Positions 13,201-28,200 of a DNA stretch of 64,000 bases are shown here, piece by piece (the stretch's first letter is position 1; every line of letters starts with the position of its first letter). Origin of the DNA: Octopus vulgaris (lineage: Eukaryota); the NCBI GenBank assembly GCA_951406725.2, contig OX597814.1, positions 139,438,001-139,502,000 on the forward strand, written 5' to 3'. The translations under genes were made by a program, and so were the position numbers. The notes below the pieces were generated by a model. It was not told the origin of the DNA, searched no databases, and saw nothing but the letters and a program-made list of their open reading frames with translations.

Positions 13201-16200
13201 AATGTCTTTTAAAAAACATAAGAAATGCAGGACTCACTGTATCTAGAAATACCTTATCTAATATTTTAGATAATGCACACATGATAATAATAAAAAATGA
13301 AATTATTGTGTATAGTGCTCAGGTACACTATAACTCATCAAAGGTGCATGTGCAGTCCAAAGAATTATGAGCAAAAGTCAGGAAAGTGAGCAGTGTAAGA
13401 GTCATGATATACATGTGTGCATGCATATGGAGGTAAGGGATATCAGGTGTAGTGTTGGTGAATGTCAGGAAGCATGGAGGTTTTAAAGGATGCAATGTCT
13501 CAGCAAAGTCTTTGTTATAAACATTGCTCTATAATATGCAAAATAACTGAAAAATCACACTCACCTCTATTGTCAAGAGCATTCATAACCAGGGTGAACT
13601 TCTTAAAAAATTCAACATCATAATCAGTACTACAAAAGAACAACAATTTAGAAGATAATTAGTCATTTTATGCATTACTGACTAAATCCAATCTTTAAAA
13701 CAAAAACAAAAAAAAGTTGCAGCATGGAAGGTGTTTGTAAGCCATTTAAGAAACACACAAAAGCCGTTCGATTCACTTCAACATTTAAGTTTAATTTAAG
13801 TTAATCTGTCAAAATATTTTCGTCGCTAAAATCCGCGACCTGTTCACTGACAAAAATCAGTGCTGTACGGATTTTTGTCAGTGAACAGGTCACGGATTTT
13901 AGCGACGAAAATATTTTGACAAATTAAACTTAAATGTTGAAGTGAATCGAACGGCTTTTGCGTGTTTCTTAAATGGCTTACAAACACCTTCCATGATGCA
14001 ATTGTTTTCGTTTCAGCAAACGATCTCAGATCAAGTCACTTGCTATGCGAGTACATCTCCGTAATTCCAAAAAAAAAGTATACTGCAGAAATCAAATACA
14101 CTCATCTATTTGTTAATTGTTCATATGAATGAACTACCCAAATGATTATAGATCAATAAAATAATTGGATATACTTTATTTCAAAATAATATTGACACTG
14201 AAATTAATTTTACTAGAACATAATTGTGGAGCCACTATTTTTTATATAACTAGCTTACTAAGCAGTTTTATAACTGACTTTTCATTTTTTTTAAATTCAA
14301 TTTTTCAAGGTAAAAAAAACAAGAGAGAATAAAACCATAACCTTACTTGTAGCGACATAGGCATGTTACAGAAGAGTTGTGGCTAGAAGAATCCTGACAG
14401 AATTCTCTATTATAAAACATTTTCCCATTGATTTACACAGGCCACAAACCTCAAAGCAGTAAAAGTGAAAGAACAGCAAAAAGAAGGACCCAAATAAGAA
14501 ATAGGCCACCAACTGGAATAAAATCCAGGAAAAAACAGTATAAATCTAGAAAGGAATAAAGGGCAAATCTCCAACAGCACTTTCCCTTTAACTCATCAGT
14601 ATTTAAACTGGCCGTATCCAGCCAAAGTATTCTTTTATTCTTTTACTTGTTTTACCCGTTTTATATTTAAACTGGTCAGATTTGGCCTCTCTTACCAACC
14701 CTACAATATCATTCTAGAAATTAACAGTTGCCTCATACAAAATCTCAAAGTTACAAAATAATGCATGATTAATTCAAAACAATGTGAATTAAAAAAAAAG
14801 CATTACATTTGGCAGAATAATGTGAATGCTGAAGTGCTAAGTAGCTATAGTATTAACTATAGTATAGGATCTGTAGTTTGCTTACAGCATTTTAGGAAGA
14901 TAATGAAAGAGATGTCTGAAATTGTTATTTTAAATGAATGGCAGAAAAAACAAGTATTTGAAATTCTAATCAAAATAAACAAAATATAATTAAACTAAAT
15001 TAAGATTCTTTTTTATTCTTTTATACGTTTCAGCCCTGAGGCTGTGGCCATACTGGGGCACTACCAATGTAAATCAAACAAATAAATGGGTCAACCCTTT
15101 CGCATTTAAAATGGCCATATCTAGCTCAAAATATTCTACCTCTTATGTTTAAACCAGCCAGATCTGGCCTTCACACCTACCATACAATGTCAGTCTAAAA
15201 ATAAACAGTCACATCATTAAAATCTCATAGCTACGAAATACTACATGATTAATTCAAAACAATATGAATAAATAAACATTATATCTGACAAAATAATCCG
15301 AATGCTAAAGGATAAGAGAAGTTATCACTTAAATCAGTTATATGTATAGGCTATTTTTCACTAATCACTGTTTGAAACAGGCATTTGTAATTCAAACTTA
15401 GAAATGAACTTAACACCATTAACTGTTTTAAAACTATCTTTCTAATGAAAAACTGTAAGAAAATTAGCTGCCAACCCTGGAAATATTAAATTAGACTGTG
15501 AAACTAATTCTTATTTTAACTACAGTTAACTTAGTATGACACATGACTGTTTTAAACTACATTTTCTTCATGACACTATATTTTTGAACTGCCTTTGTTT
15601 AAATTTATTTCCATGGAGGGTTTTAACTTAAGATTACTTAGAACCAGCAATGGTCCCAGGTGGGCTAAAAAGCTTAAGTAATATAAGATCCTATGTAATA
15701 ATGAAAGGAATAATTCACAAAAAAAAAAAAAAAACACTATGTAAACATAACATTCTAGAGTGTTATGCTTTTTGAACACTAAAAATACATGCAATTTTCA
15801 TGATATAATTTTATTACACTATTGATTCTTTTAATTTTAAAATAATACCCAGCATGGCCACAGCTCATAAGCTGAAACTAGAATCAATCAATCAATATAA
15901 CAAAAAAAAATATTACCTGGTTATACTGTCATGGTAAGCCACAATTTTAGCATCTGGATTAAAACGAATTACACTGTCTTTTGCCACCTGATTGAAATGA
16001 ATTTTAATAAAATTATTTTAAAGTTACATTTTCAAATGCAACATCACACCTATTATATATCGAAAGGATTTTATTTTTAATAGGATTAAAATTTTTTTTT
16101 TCACATTACCAAACATAATGGGTCTAATGAGTTAGTAGCTGATCCCTCAAACTGCTAGAGATAACAGACAAATCTCATACTAATCACATCCTGCCTTCTT

Positions 16201-19200
16201 AAAAAAGGAAGGACATACTGGATAACATAGTCACCTGAAAAGATAGGATGGCCAAGGTGAGAAGGAATTTGGTAATAGTTGTGTTTTGAGAGTGGTTAAT
16301 ACAGTAAAATGTGAGTTGAGGATGATTTGGATACCCAACCAGACACTAATTCATACTGATAGCACTGGCTGAAAATGTGCAATAAAAAAAAAAGAAAAGA
16401 AAAAAGTTGATCCCATTAAAAATAAAATCCTTTGACTAAACAAGTGTAAGTTTTGATTTTAAATAATAAATTATGCAATCCTGGAAACATATTTCTAAAA
16501 ACAAAGAAACAATAAACAAAATGGTCACCTTTGAATAACAGCTGTGTTGAATGAAGTTGACTAAACAATGACAACTAGAATAAAACACAAAAATATAACT
16601 GAATACATGTTTGGGTAACCCTCTTCAGTCATGAAGACCATGGGATTGCACGTAGAAAGTTACCCTCTGAGGCACAAGTCCAAGCAAGGTTGTTTATGGA
16701 AGACCAGCAGTCGTCCATGCATACCAGCCTTCCCTCTCCACGCCAACAATGTTATCCAAGGGAAAAACAAAGGCTGATACAGCTTGGCACCAGTGACGTA
16801 GCAACTCATTTCTACAGCTGATTGAACTGAAGCAATGTGAAATAAAGTGTCTTGCTCAAGAACACAACATGCAGCCCGGTCTGGGAATCGAACTTAAAAC
16901 CTCACGATCATAAGCTCGATGCTCTAACCACAGAGCCATGTGCCTTCATATATGTGCTTAAAGATAAAATTATAAATGTTATCGTTATTTTATGCCTGTC
17001 TTTTTCCATATTTGCAAATATGGGGTGGATGGAAATCTTCATCATCATCATAAATGTATCAATTTTCCAGGCTTGTATGGGTTGAACAGGCAGTTTGTTC
17101 AGTCATTAAAGAAATGAAGGGAATCTTTCAGAGAAAGCATATCAAAACTGAAAGTATTTGTTTGGCAATTTCAACAAATTTTTTTCTTTAATTTTTGCCT
17201 CAGGTGAATTTCTTATATTTATGTCTATGTATGTATGAATGCAAACACAACGATGATGATGATGCACATAAACACATACATACAAACATACACAAAAAAA
17301 TACATAAATATAAGTGACTAGGCTGAAAAATAAATAGAAAAAAATAAAATTTTTTTTAAAAGGAAATTATCAAATAGTTTCAGTTTTGATATACAATCTA
17401 CAAAAAATTGCCAAAATGAACTATTAATATTTCAACTCCTCAAAATCTGGCATAAATTTTCAGTTAATATCTGGTTTTTACTGCCTTCCAATAGCTTTAT
17501 TTACTAGGCAATTTACACAAACCTACTGAAACATTTTTGCCACATATAACCACAAAGCAGTTTCAAAAAATATTCATTTCAATACACTTACTTGAGCCTT
17601 TGATTTCCCAACATGTTCTTTGTGAAAAAGAAACTGGCGATTGAGGTTGCTGATGTCAATAGTATCAAGATCAATCTGCAAAAATGTAAGTTAAAAGTAT
17701 CCATTTTAAGTCAAACATCATTTCATTAACCCTTTTCACATCACATTCTCTGAATCTGCCCTTTCTTGTTCTACTTATTTTTAAGTGAACATTAAAATTT
17801 CACTTCAATTTATGTTCCAAACACAAGATTAATAATGACAAAATCCTTATACTAAATTCTTCATTATTTTCAAAATTAATCCCAACAAAAGCAGTGTATT
17901 TCAACAGAAATATGGTCACAAAAGGGTTAAAGAAATATTTTTAAGAATTGCATCTGCTTTGTATAATTAACAAATTCTTAATCAATGAAAATTGAATATA
18001 AAATATTAAATTCACTGATGGGAAAATACAAATTATAGAGATGCTTTATATTCAAAGAAAGAAGTTCCATATGCAAATATATAAAATAGCCAGCATAAAA
18101 TAAAAAATCAATAATGATAATAATAATTTCAAATTTTGGTACAACGACAGCAATTTCAGGAGAGAGGGTAAGTTGATTACATCGACCCCAGTATTTCATT
18201 GGTGCTTATTTTATCAACCCCGAAAGGATGAAAGGCAAAGTCAACCTCGGCATAATAATATTATTCTTTCTATCATAGACGCAGGAGTGGCTGTGCGGTA
18301 AGTAGCTTGCTTACCAACCACATGGTTCGAGGTTCACTCCCACTGCGTGGCACCTTGGGCAAGTGTCTTCTACTATAGCCTCGGGCTGACCAAAGCCTTG
18401 TGAGTGGATTTGGTAGACAAAAACTGAAAGCCCATCGTATATGTGTATGTGTTTGTCCCCCCAACATTGCTTGACAACCGATGCTGGTGTGTTTACATCC
18501 CTGTAACTTAGCGGTTCGGCAAAAGAAACCAATAGAATAAGTACTAGGCTTACAAAGAATAAGACCTGGGGTCGATTTGCTCAACTAAAGGTGGTGCTCC
18601 AGCATGGCCACAGTCAAATGACTGAAACAAGTAAAAGAGTATAGGTACATGGCCTGAAATTTTAGGGGAGGGAGCTAGTCGATTACATCAGCGTTAGTAT
18701 TTGACTGGTATTTATTTTATCAACTCTGAAAGGATGAAAGACAAAGTTGATCACAGGAGAATTTGAACTCAGAATGTGAAGCTAGGCAAAATGCCACTCA
18801 GGATCAACAATGTACACAAAAAGTATCTGAAACATATAATCAAACCCTGAGGTACATTCGAGTTTATAGAGTGTCAAAAAGAAGATCAGCACATGCTGCA
18901 CTAGGGTGATCTACAAAGAAACTTCCAATCAATGAGATGAGAGAAAGGGGTGGAAGTTATAAGCAAGCAGCCAGGCAAGATACCATCAAAAGCCTTACAA
19001 ATATCAAAGACAAAAATCTTGTTTTCATCAAAGTTCTTGCAATAACAAATGATTTGCAAATACTTGGCTTACAGAAGTAACTTTGATTTTGTCAAATTTT
19101 AAATGGAATGGGAATGTCTGATAACAGAACTGGTGCAATGGAAAACCAATCACGTAACAAGCCCAGCACTGGCCACTAGACATAAACTGGAGATCCAAAA

Positions 19201-22200
19201 TCTACTGTCATATGTTTAATACTGCAGCATGATAAATTGCAAACAGAATGAACATTTTTATGGAAGATAATAAAGAACTAGAAAAAAACTGTAAGTGTGA
19301 AAAACAAAGATCCAGTAAATGTAGAAGTTTACAATTAGTTAAGCTCTCATTGGGTTGCCAGATAAATTTCTTCATCCCAATCCTTTCCAATGTCATTTCA
19401 ATTAATATAAAAAATATTTCTTACAATATTTTAAGGCTTTTTGTATTGCTATTCTTTCTCTAAAACTTTTATCATTTTTGAAATTTGCATAAATTTTACC
19501 TCTTTTCAGACATATAACGATGGCGTGTCAAATAGAAAGAAAAACAAAATTTATCCGACAACTCAAATGGATAATACCCAAATTGCCTACAACTGAAAAA
19601 GTTGGGTCACAATAATTTCAAACCAACAAATAGCTAGTTGTCTCGGAAATCTAGGTACATTAAATTGGTGATGCTTGTAAAAGTGCTGAACAACAGAAAT
19701 TGTTTAAGCAATGAAAGAAGAGTTTTGCTATATTATCCTACAAATGTTTTTCTTTGCTCCAAACACACTACTCTATTGTTGAACTATGTCGCAGTTCTTA
19801 AAGAACAGTCATTACTTAACAACAACAAAGGTGAAACTGTTAAGAAAGAATGGAACATCTAACAGAGTCATGTAGTACAAACATGCCTGGAACTGATAAA
19901 CAGAAGTTGTTTAGGTTTCAATCCAATACTATGTTAAAGGCTTACCAGATACTTGGTTCTGTCAACAGACACAAAAATTATATATTTAAAGATCTCATAA
20001 TACTGATAAACAATATCTTTGAAACTACAGAAGAAAACCTACAGTAAGTAATGTTTATTAAGAAAGACTATTTCAAAACTGCTTGGCTCCCTAAGGTTTT
20101 TTAGTATGCCATTCAAGTGACTTTAGAATTACAAAACATACCTGCTTCCAAGTAAAGTGATGACCAAACATGTTTTTATGGAAAATTGGATAGGAAGGGA
20201 CACCACTTATATGGTGATACCCATGTGATGTCAAGACAAGGAGATAGTAACACACACACACACATCCAGATATATATATATGACCAGTTTCTTTCATTTT
20301 CTGACTAACAAATCCATTCACAAGGTTTTGGTCAGCGCAGAGGTACAGCAGAAGACACTTGTCCAAGGTGCCATGCAGTGGGACTGAATCTAAAAGCATG
20401 GTTAATTTAAAAGGATGTGAATAAATAAGCATTACATTCGACAGAGTATTCTGAATGCTGAAGGGTTGATACCCACCAGTGTTATACATATTCTGAAATA
20501 TTCTTTTATTCTTCTACTTGTTTCAGTCATTTGACTGCGGCCACGCTAGAGCACCACCATTAGTCGAGTAAATAGATGCCAGGACTTATTCTTTGTAAGC
20601 CTAGTACTTATTCTATCAGCCTCTTTTGCTAAACAGGGACATAAACACACCAGCATCAGTTGCCAAGCAATGTTGGGGGACAAACAGACACACAAGCATA
20701 CACACACACACACATATGTATACAACGGGCTTCTTTCAGTTTCCACCTACCAAATCCACTCACAAGGCTTTGGTCGACCCGAGGCTATAGTAGAAGACAC
20801 TTGCCCAAGGTGCCACTCTTAATATATAAACTATATGGGGTATTCCTTTTTTTAAATTTTTTTACTTGATTCAGTCATTTGTCTTAAAGGGTTTTAGTCA
20901 AAAAATCAGCCCCAGGTTTTATTCTTTGTAGGCCTAGTACTTATTCTATCGGTTTCTTTTGCCAAAGTGCCAAGTTACAGGAACATAAACACATACATAC
21001 ATATATATATTTATACACACACACACATACAATGGGCTTCATTCAGTTCCCGTCTACCAGATCGACTCACAAGCTTTGGTTAGCCCTTAGTGGGACTGAA
21101 CCTGGAAGCTTCTTACCACACAGCCACGAATGTTTATTTGTTGAATAGCAACAATTAACAGAAACAATATTAAAAAAAGAATGCTAAACATTTTTTACTA
21201 TTTTTAGTAGGATCTTAGCTATTTTAGTTAAAATAAACTAAAGAACGAAACAGATCAATATTTATAGGTGTGCTCATTTAGACCACAACATAGTGATACA
21301 CACACATCACTATCATTGTTTTAACATCCCTTTCCATGTTCACACGGGTCAGATGACATTCACCAAGGCAGATTTTCTTGGGCCATGTCCTTCCTGTTAC
21401 CAACCCATCACCTACTTTCAAGTAAGGTAATATTTCTTCATGGGTTGACATGTCCTCAGAGAAGATTGGAAATGAAGGCTTCCATTTGCATGATGGTGAT
21501 GCTCATTTACAACTACTATGTAATGTCAAGTGAAGGAAACACAAACACATGACTAGTTTCTTTCTATCAAATCCACTCACAGGCTTTGGTTACCCTAAGG
21601 TGCTGCACAGAGAGACTGAACCCATAACCATGTGATCAGGAAGCAAACTTCTTAATTGTACAACCATACCTATACCTACACACAAACATGTGTGCATGTA
21701 CGTATACATATATAGCAATCGATTAAGTAAAGAGAAGATGGAATTAGTATAACTTTATTTTGTACAAAATAAAGAATTATAAACCAATTTCATCTTGTTT
21801 ACTTAATCAATTATTATCTCAACTAACACTGCAGAATTCCTGAAGTAGATTCAAAGGAAATATATCCCAAATGCAGATGACATCAGGTAGCACAAACTGT
21901 GCCAGTGCTTTACTCAACACATCAACACACTAATTGACATATACAGATATTGTGGTGCCGGTGTAGTATGTGATCTACAGCAACTTAAATCTGGACTGGC
22001 TTGTGATTTACATTCAAAATTCTGTTATAAATTTGCAGCAATTTCTCCTCTACATTTGCTGCATGGATCAATATCTCCATGTTCATCAAGGAGTTCATAG
22101 AGGAGAAATTCTATTGCAGCTTCTTCATCTCGAATAACCTGTGTGTAAAATTCTTTTGCTCTCATTATGACTTCTTTCAATGGGCTCAGAACAAAAAGTT

Positions 22201-25200
22201 ATTTTGGTATATATACCAAATCAACTGGAAGTCGAGTAAATAGATGAATTTTAAATGCAGATCAAAAAGTCAGTATAGATCACAAACTATACCTATTTCT
22301 TTATTACCCACAAGGGGCTAAACAAGGACAGACAAAGGGATTAAGTCGATTACACCGACCCCAGTGCGTAACTGGCACTTAATTTATCGACCCCGAAAGG
22401 ATGAAAGGTAAAGTCGACCTCAGCGGAATTTGAACTCACAACGTAATGGCAGACAAAATACCGCTAAGTGTTTTGCACGACGTGCTAACGTTTCTACCAG
22501 CTCTCCGCCTTAAACTATACCAGAAACATTTATGTAGATATTGTGTCATATAGCCAGCTGGAAACGATGTTTCCTGGGGCTGAACAACAGTAACATTCAT
22601 CCTTTCCAGGACAGCCACATTATGTTGGCAAATAGTCTTTACTTTAAAGAACTGTTACTGAATATATCTCTTTGAAAGATTAAGAAATAATATTGTTTAT
22701 ATATATAAATAAACATACATATTCAACTTTTAATCTTATCTGCTTTCAAGTTATTTAAACTTCGTTTAGCACACCTGAATGCAGTGACAGTCACATGGCA
22801 ATCATTTTTTTACTCACATATTCCCTGAAATGTGTATGCAACAGACTACTCTGATTACTCACAATTTTGTGTCATATTCTATTGTCTGAAAGCTCAATAT
22901 TTTTTGTCTTTTCTTTATCTCATATTAAGTAAGTATATTCACCCATCTGTCCATTCATTTGCCAATTATATTATCTTGTTCTATGTTCAATCATATTTCT
23001 GTTCCACAGTAAACTGAGGCAATAACACACAAGTATTGCTACCACTGACATTTTGTTACTGCACAAAAGGACAACTTTTCACTTCACAGATGTAACCCCA
23101 AACCTTGTCCTGTTGTTTAGCTTCTAAATCAGTCCTATAAAGTTGACCTGTAATCAATAGTGTTCCAGCCATGACCATACCACCTTTCTTTCAAGCACAA
23201 TCCATATGGCAATACTTATCTAATGTTTTAATGATGCTCAGGTATGATTAAGTTGCTGTTTCTGGCAGCTCATGTTTTATTAGCTTGCTTCTACTTAAAG
23301 GAAGGTTAAACATATGCACTGATACATCAATAATTCATAAGATGTATGTAGATTATATAATTTTCTCATATACATAATGTAACATATAACCTCACAACCA
23401 AGTTATGTGCTAAGTAGCCGACAGCTTTATGGCAGTTTGCTGATCGTCTAGACAAGGGGTGATAATGATTGGCGTTTAATTATTTCAGGTATTACATGAA
23501 AACGTTGCAGCCTTATCACTTGTTATTAATTTATCAAAAACAATTTTGTATTTCTTCTATAGAAGGTGGCACACTGAAAATTGTACTCAATGACAGACTT
23601 CACCTTTACTTAATGTATCTCATGTTAAATTTGGTATGGCTGTGTGGTTAAGAAGTTCACTTTGCAACTACAAGGGCTTGGCACCTTCAGTAAGTAGTTC
23701 CATCTATAGCTTCAAGTTGACCAAAGCTTTAGAAATTAACAATTACATAAAGATTGAAAACATTATTTCAATCTCAATAGTTCCTAGTTGACTTTTAAGT
23801 CAAGATAAAACACTATAGTTTCAATTTCTGAGAGAGAGAAAATTAATATAAGGTACGTGGCATCTATACAGGGTAGCTCAAAAGTAGGTTCATAGCTATT
23901 CAACTATCTCATTCACATATTTACAGTTTAGATCTTAATTATAAAAAAAAATATGAAACCATTACTCTATGCTAATTTAGTTAATTTTGTCAAGCTCCCT
24001 TTTCAGTTTGTAAGATATGTGGTGTGCAAGAGAGGCGTCTGCACTAGTATGCTCATGTGTTATCGCAGCCATGTATGTCCAGCCCTGTTAAGAATACCCC
24101 TGATGCACCGGGTGATATGATAAGCTTGAGAAGACCTGTTGAGTCAAGTAAAACCAATATCATAGCTGTGGCCAGTGCCCCTAGACTGGCTCCCATGCTG
24201 GTGGAATGTAAAAAGCACCATCCAAACGTGGTCGATGCTAGTCTGCCTAACTGGCTCCTGTGCCAGTGGCACGTAAAAAGCACTAACCAATTGTGGCCGA
24301 TGCCAGTACTCCCTAACTGAGTGGCATGTAAAAAGCACCATCCGAATGTGATCGATGCCAGGCTCACCTGACTGGCTCCTGTACTGGTTGCACGTTAAAA
24401 GCACCCACTGCATTCTCGGAGTGGTTAGCATTAGGAAAGGTATCTAGCTGTAGAAACATTGTCAGATCAGATTGGAGCCTGGTGCAGCCACTGGCTCTCC
24501 AGACCTCAGTCAAACCATTCAACCCATGCCAGCATGGAAAACAGACATTAAACATTGATGATGATGATAAAATATTCTTTTAAAAATTTAAAGTACCTAC
24601 GTGATAACTGTAAACCTACTTTTGAGCCACCCTGTATATCTATAATGTTTGCTAAACTGATCAGCATCTAGCTAACTCATTCAATTATTATAGATACAAC
24701 TGAATATATTAGAGAATAACTTGGTTTGGTTTTTTTTTAACAGACTCCTGTAACATTTTCAGTTTATACTTAAATGTATCATGTTAAATTTGACAAGGCC
24801 GTAAAGTTCATTTTGATTTCAATTTTGTGTAACACAGTGGTTCTTAACCACTTTTTATCTATGGACTCCTTTGATTACTATTTTTTCCTGGTGGACCCCC
24901 ATAGCCATTCAATAATTCTAGTTTTATAGATACTTCTTTCAAAATTCCTATTTTGCTTAACACACACACAAAAAAAAAAAGAAACTTAGCAGTTCCTTGC
25001 AATTAATGCATCTAAAGCAAACTTTTTTTTCATGAACCCATAAAATACAACTAGCATAACACCTTGGACAAGTGTCTTCTATAATACTCTCAGGTTAGCC
25101 AAAACCTTGAGGGGTAACCATGTGAAAACTGGATACCTTGGGAATTGGATAAACAGTAGTATGTTTCTAAAGGTACAAGATAATCGGGTTTAGGGTGATC

Positions 25201-28200
25201 TAAAGTGAAAGATGACCAAAAATCCAATTAGCTCCAACTTAATCAAAATATATTTCAAGTGCCCCACTCTATTTTTCTGCTGCTAAAATAAAATTCTGAA
25301 TGGAATCCCATAGTTATAAACCTTAATTACTATAAAGATTTGATAAAATATGACACAGTAAGATTAATCGTGTATGAGAGTATAAACTAGGGTTGCCAGA
25401 CGTCCCTTATTTGATAATTTAGTCCCCTCTCCTGTACTGACCTTTCAGGAACACCCCAAATGTCCCGTATTTAGTTCATTTTCAAATCTCATAATAAAAA
25501 TATATTTTTACTAACTTCTTAAGGTTCTTAGTTGTAACTTTATAAGTAATTATGCTTTCTTTTTTCAAATTCTCTTGAAGAAAATAACCTAAATGTAACG
25601 AGGAAACTAGTGTTGCTAGAAGTTTACTAAAACTTGACATGCTTGCAACTTGATATTGTCAACAAAGTGTGTTGTTACTATTTGCCATGGCCCACTTTTT
25701 TCTTACTTAAAACCCATCCATCCCAAGATGCCAAGACGTAAATGTAAATTTCATGATGAATATTCCAACAAATGGACATTTATCAAACAAGGAAGAAGCT
25801 GTTTTGAAGCAAATTGTGGTGTATATAATTGCACTTTCAGTACTGAACATGGCAGGAAGTCTGATATGAAGCAACACTTAGAAACAGCAAAGCACAAAAG
25901 TAGTATTGCCTCTACTTTAAAGAAGTTGGTAAAATAACAAACTTCTTGATCAAGAAAAACAGAGATGAAGAAAGTAAAATAATAGCTGCAGAAGTTGCAA
26001 TGGCAACTCATATTGTCCATCATTCAGTTCAAATGACTACTGTACAAACGTACTACTTCTAAAATTGCTTGCAAATTTTCAAGTGCTAAGACTAAATGTG
26101 CTGCAATAATAAAAAATGTGGCTATTACACCGTTGCAGACATTGTTAAAGATATAAAGAACTCTTCTTTTTATGGTATATCTACAGATGCAAGTAATCAC
26201 AATGCTGAGAAAATTTTCCTGTTGATTGTGCAATGTTTTTCATGTGATAAAGTTATTGCAAGTAAGATCCCTCCCAAATGAGACCTCAGAAACAATAGCA
26301 AGCTTCTGCAGAGCCTCGTTGAGTTAGGACTGGATGTAAAGAAATGTACAGCTTTTAGTGGAGATAACACAAATAAAGTCTATTCAAAATTCAAGGAAAG
26401 CATGAAAGAATTGCTGGAAGGTGTTGGATTTCCAGCCCATATTCTGCACAATGCTGCTCATACCGTGGCCAATGTTCTTTCTGTTGATGAAGTAATTTTT
26501 GTTAAATTGTTTTCATACTTTAGTATTTATACTGTTCGATCTGAGAAGTTGAAAGATTTCTGCAAGTTTGTTGGTGTGCAGTATGCCTCAGTGCTCTCAC
26601 ATTCTAAAACTCAGCTTTCTTTGATGAGAGCAGTTGAGAGAGTCCTAAGGTTATTTAAAGCACTGAAATTTTTTTTTGTTTCTGAGGAAAAGCCACCCTG
26701 CCATTCTTGTAGAATTCTTCAATAATCCACTGAGCAAAGTCTACTTATATCTTGTTCACAGTTTTGAATATGTTTTTACCAACAAGATTATGAAGATAGA
26801 CTAGAGTGAAAACAGCATTACTGAAGTGCTTGGTTGTTTAAAAGAACTCGTTGCAATTATAAAGGAAAGAATTAATGAAAAGTTTATTCCTCTCAGTGTG
26901 AAGGATTGCCTTAATAATGACAACGTCAAATCTGAAGAGAAAAGAAATTTCTACAAGGCATTTGCCATGACTATCTTGAGAAATGGGTTCCGTCTTTTGA
27001 AAATTTTGATAACTTCACATGGATGTTATTAGATACAGTTCAAGCATGGGAACATGTAGAATCGTCTTATCTAGTGTTAAAGAACAAAGGTAAAAAAATT
27101 GATGACAACATTCTTTTCTGTCAGTAGTGAACATTTAAAAATCCCCTTGCTAAAGAGATGCAGATCAAACCCGATGAATGGAAGACCAAACTGTGCCATG
27201 AAAGATGGTTTTCTATCTTTCAGTAGTTAGAATTTCAAGAACAATACTTCAAGTTGTACCAGTTCTTATTCAGCATACCAGCACATAATGCTAATGCTGA
27301 GCATGTTTTCTCAGTGATGAATGTTCAATGGACTGGAGAATGAAATAAGTTGGATGTGGCTACTGTAGAAGCTATCTTACAATGCACATGGAATCTTAAC
27401 TGTCAATGTTAACAAAAGCCAACTCATCAGTGAAGTATAACCAAAGGTTCAAGTTTAATTCTCATATGGTCTGTTAAGAAAATTTTGAATAAGCTTATCA
27501 GTTTTGTTTCTTTATATGTTCTCCATATAAAACAACTTTTTAGTCTATTTTCTGTATTGTTTGCATTAAATAATTTTCTAAATTATTTCTTTTGCATTTT
27601 TTTTTTATTGTCTCTATTGAATAAGAATTTTGCAATGATTTCACTTTCTCAGTATTTCTTTTAGTTATCTATATTGCCTGCATTTAATAATTATATACAA
27701 AATGCTTTCACAGTAAAAGATTTTTTTCTATATTCTTTATATTCTTTTGTTTCAGTCATTTTACTGCGGCCATGCTGGAGCACCGCCTTTTAGTCAAAGA
27801 AATCGACACCAGGACTTATTCTTTGTAAGCCTAGTACTTATTCTATCAGTCTCTTTTGCCGAACCGCTAAGTTACGGGGACGTAAATGCACTAACATCGG
27901 TTGTCAAGTGATAGTGAGGAGACAAACAGATACATATATATACGACAGGCTTCTTTCAGTTTCTGTCTACCAAATCCACTCCCAAAGCTTTGGTCGGCCC
28001 GAGGCTATAGTAGAAGACACTTGTCCAAGGTGCCAGGCAGTGGGACTGAACCCGGAACCATGTAGCTGGTAAGCAAGCTACTTACCACACAGCCACTTCT
28101 GCGCTTAATTGTCATTAGATAAAAATGATTTCGATTTAACAGTTGTTTCTGTATTGAAGAAATATTTTCAAATTATTTCACTTTACCAGAATTTAATTTT

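Larger units (their letters stand above)
13717..14001. mobile_element. ~285-bp near-perfect palindrome, possibly a Penelope-like inverted pLTR or foldback element
   Basis: Arms of ~135-145 bp with few mismatches and a short loop near 13861-13866; carries hammerhead-like motifs. Confidence 0.7.

Noticed and set aside
16598-16634. Minus-strand CTGAAGA-GGGTTACCC-AAAC-ATGT hammerhead-like string
   Set aside because: G12 is missing, helix I is only ~3 bp, and it sits at a SINE junction; likely chance
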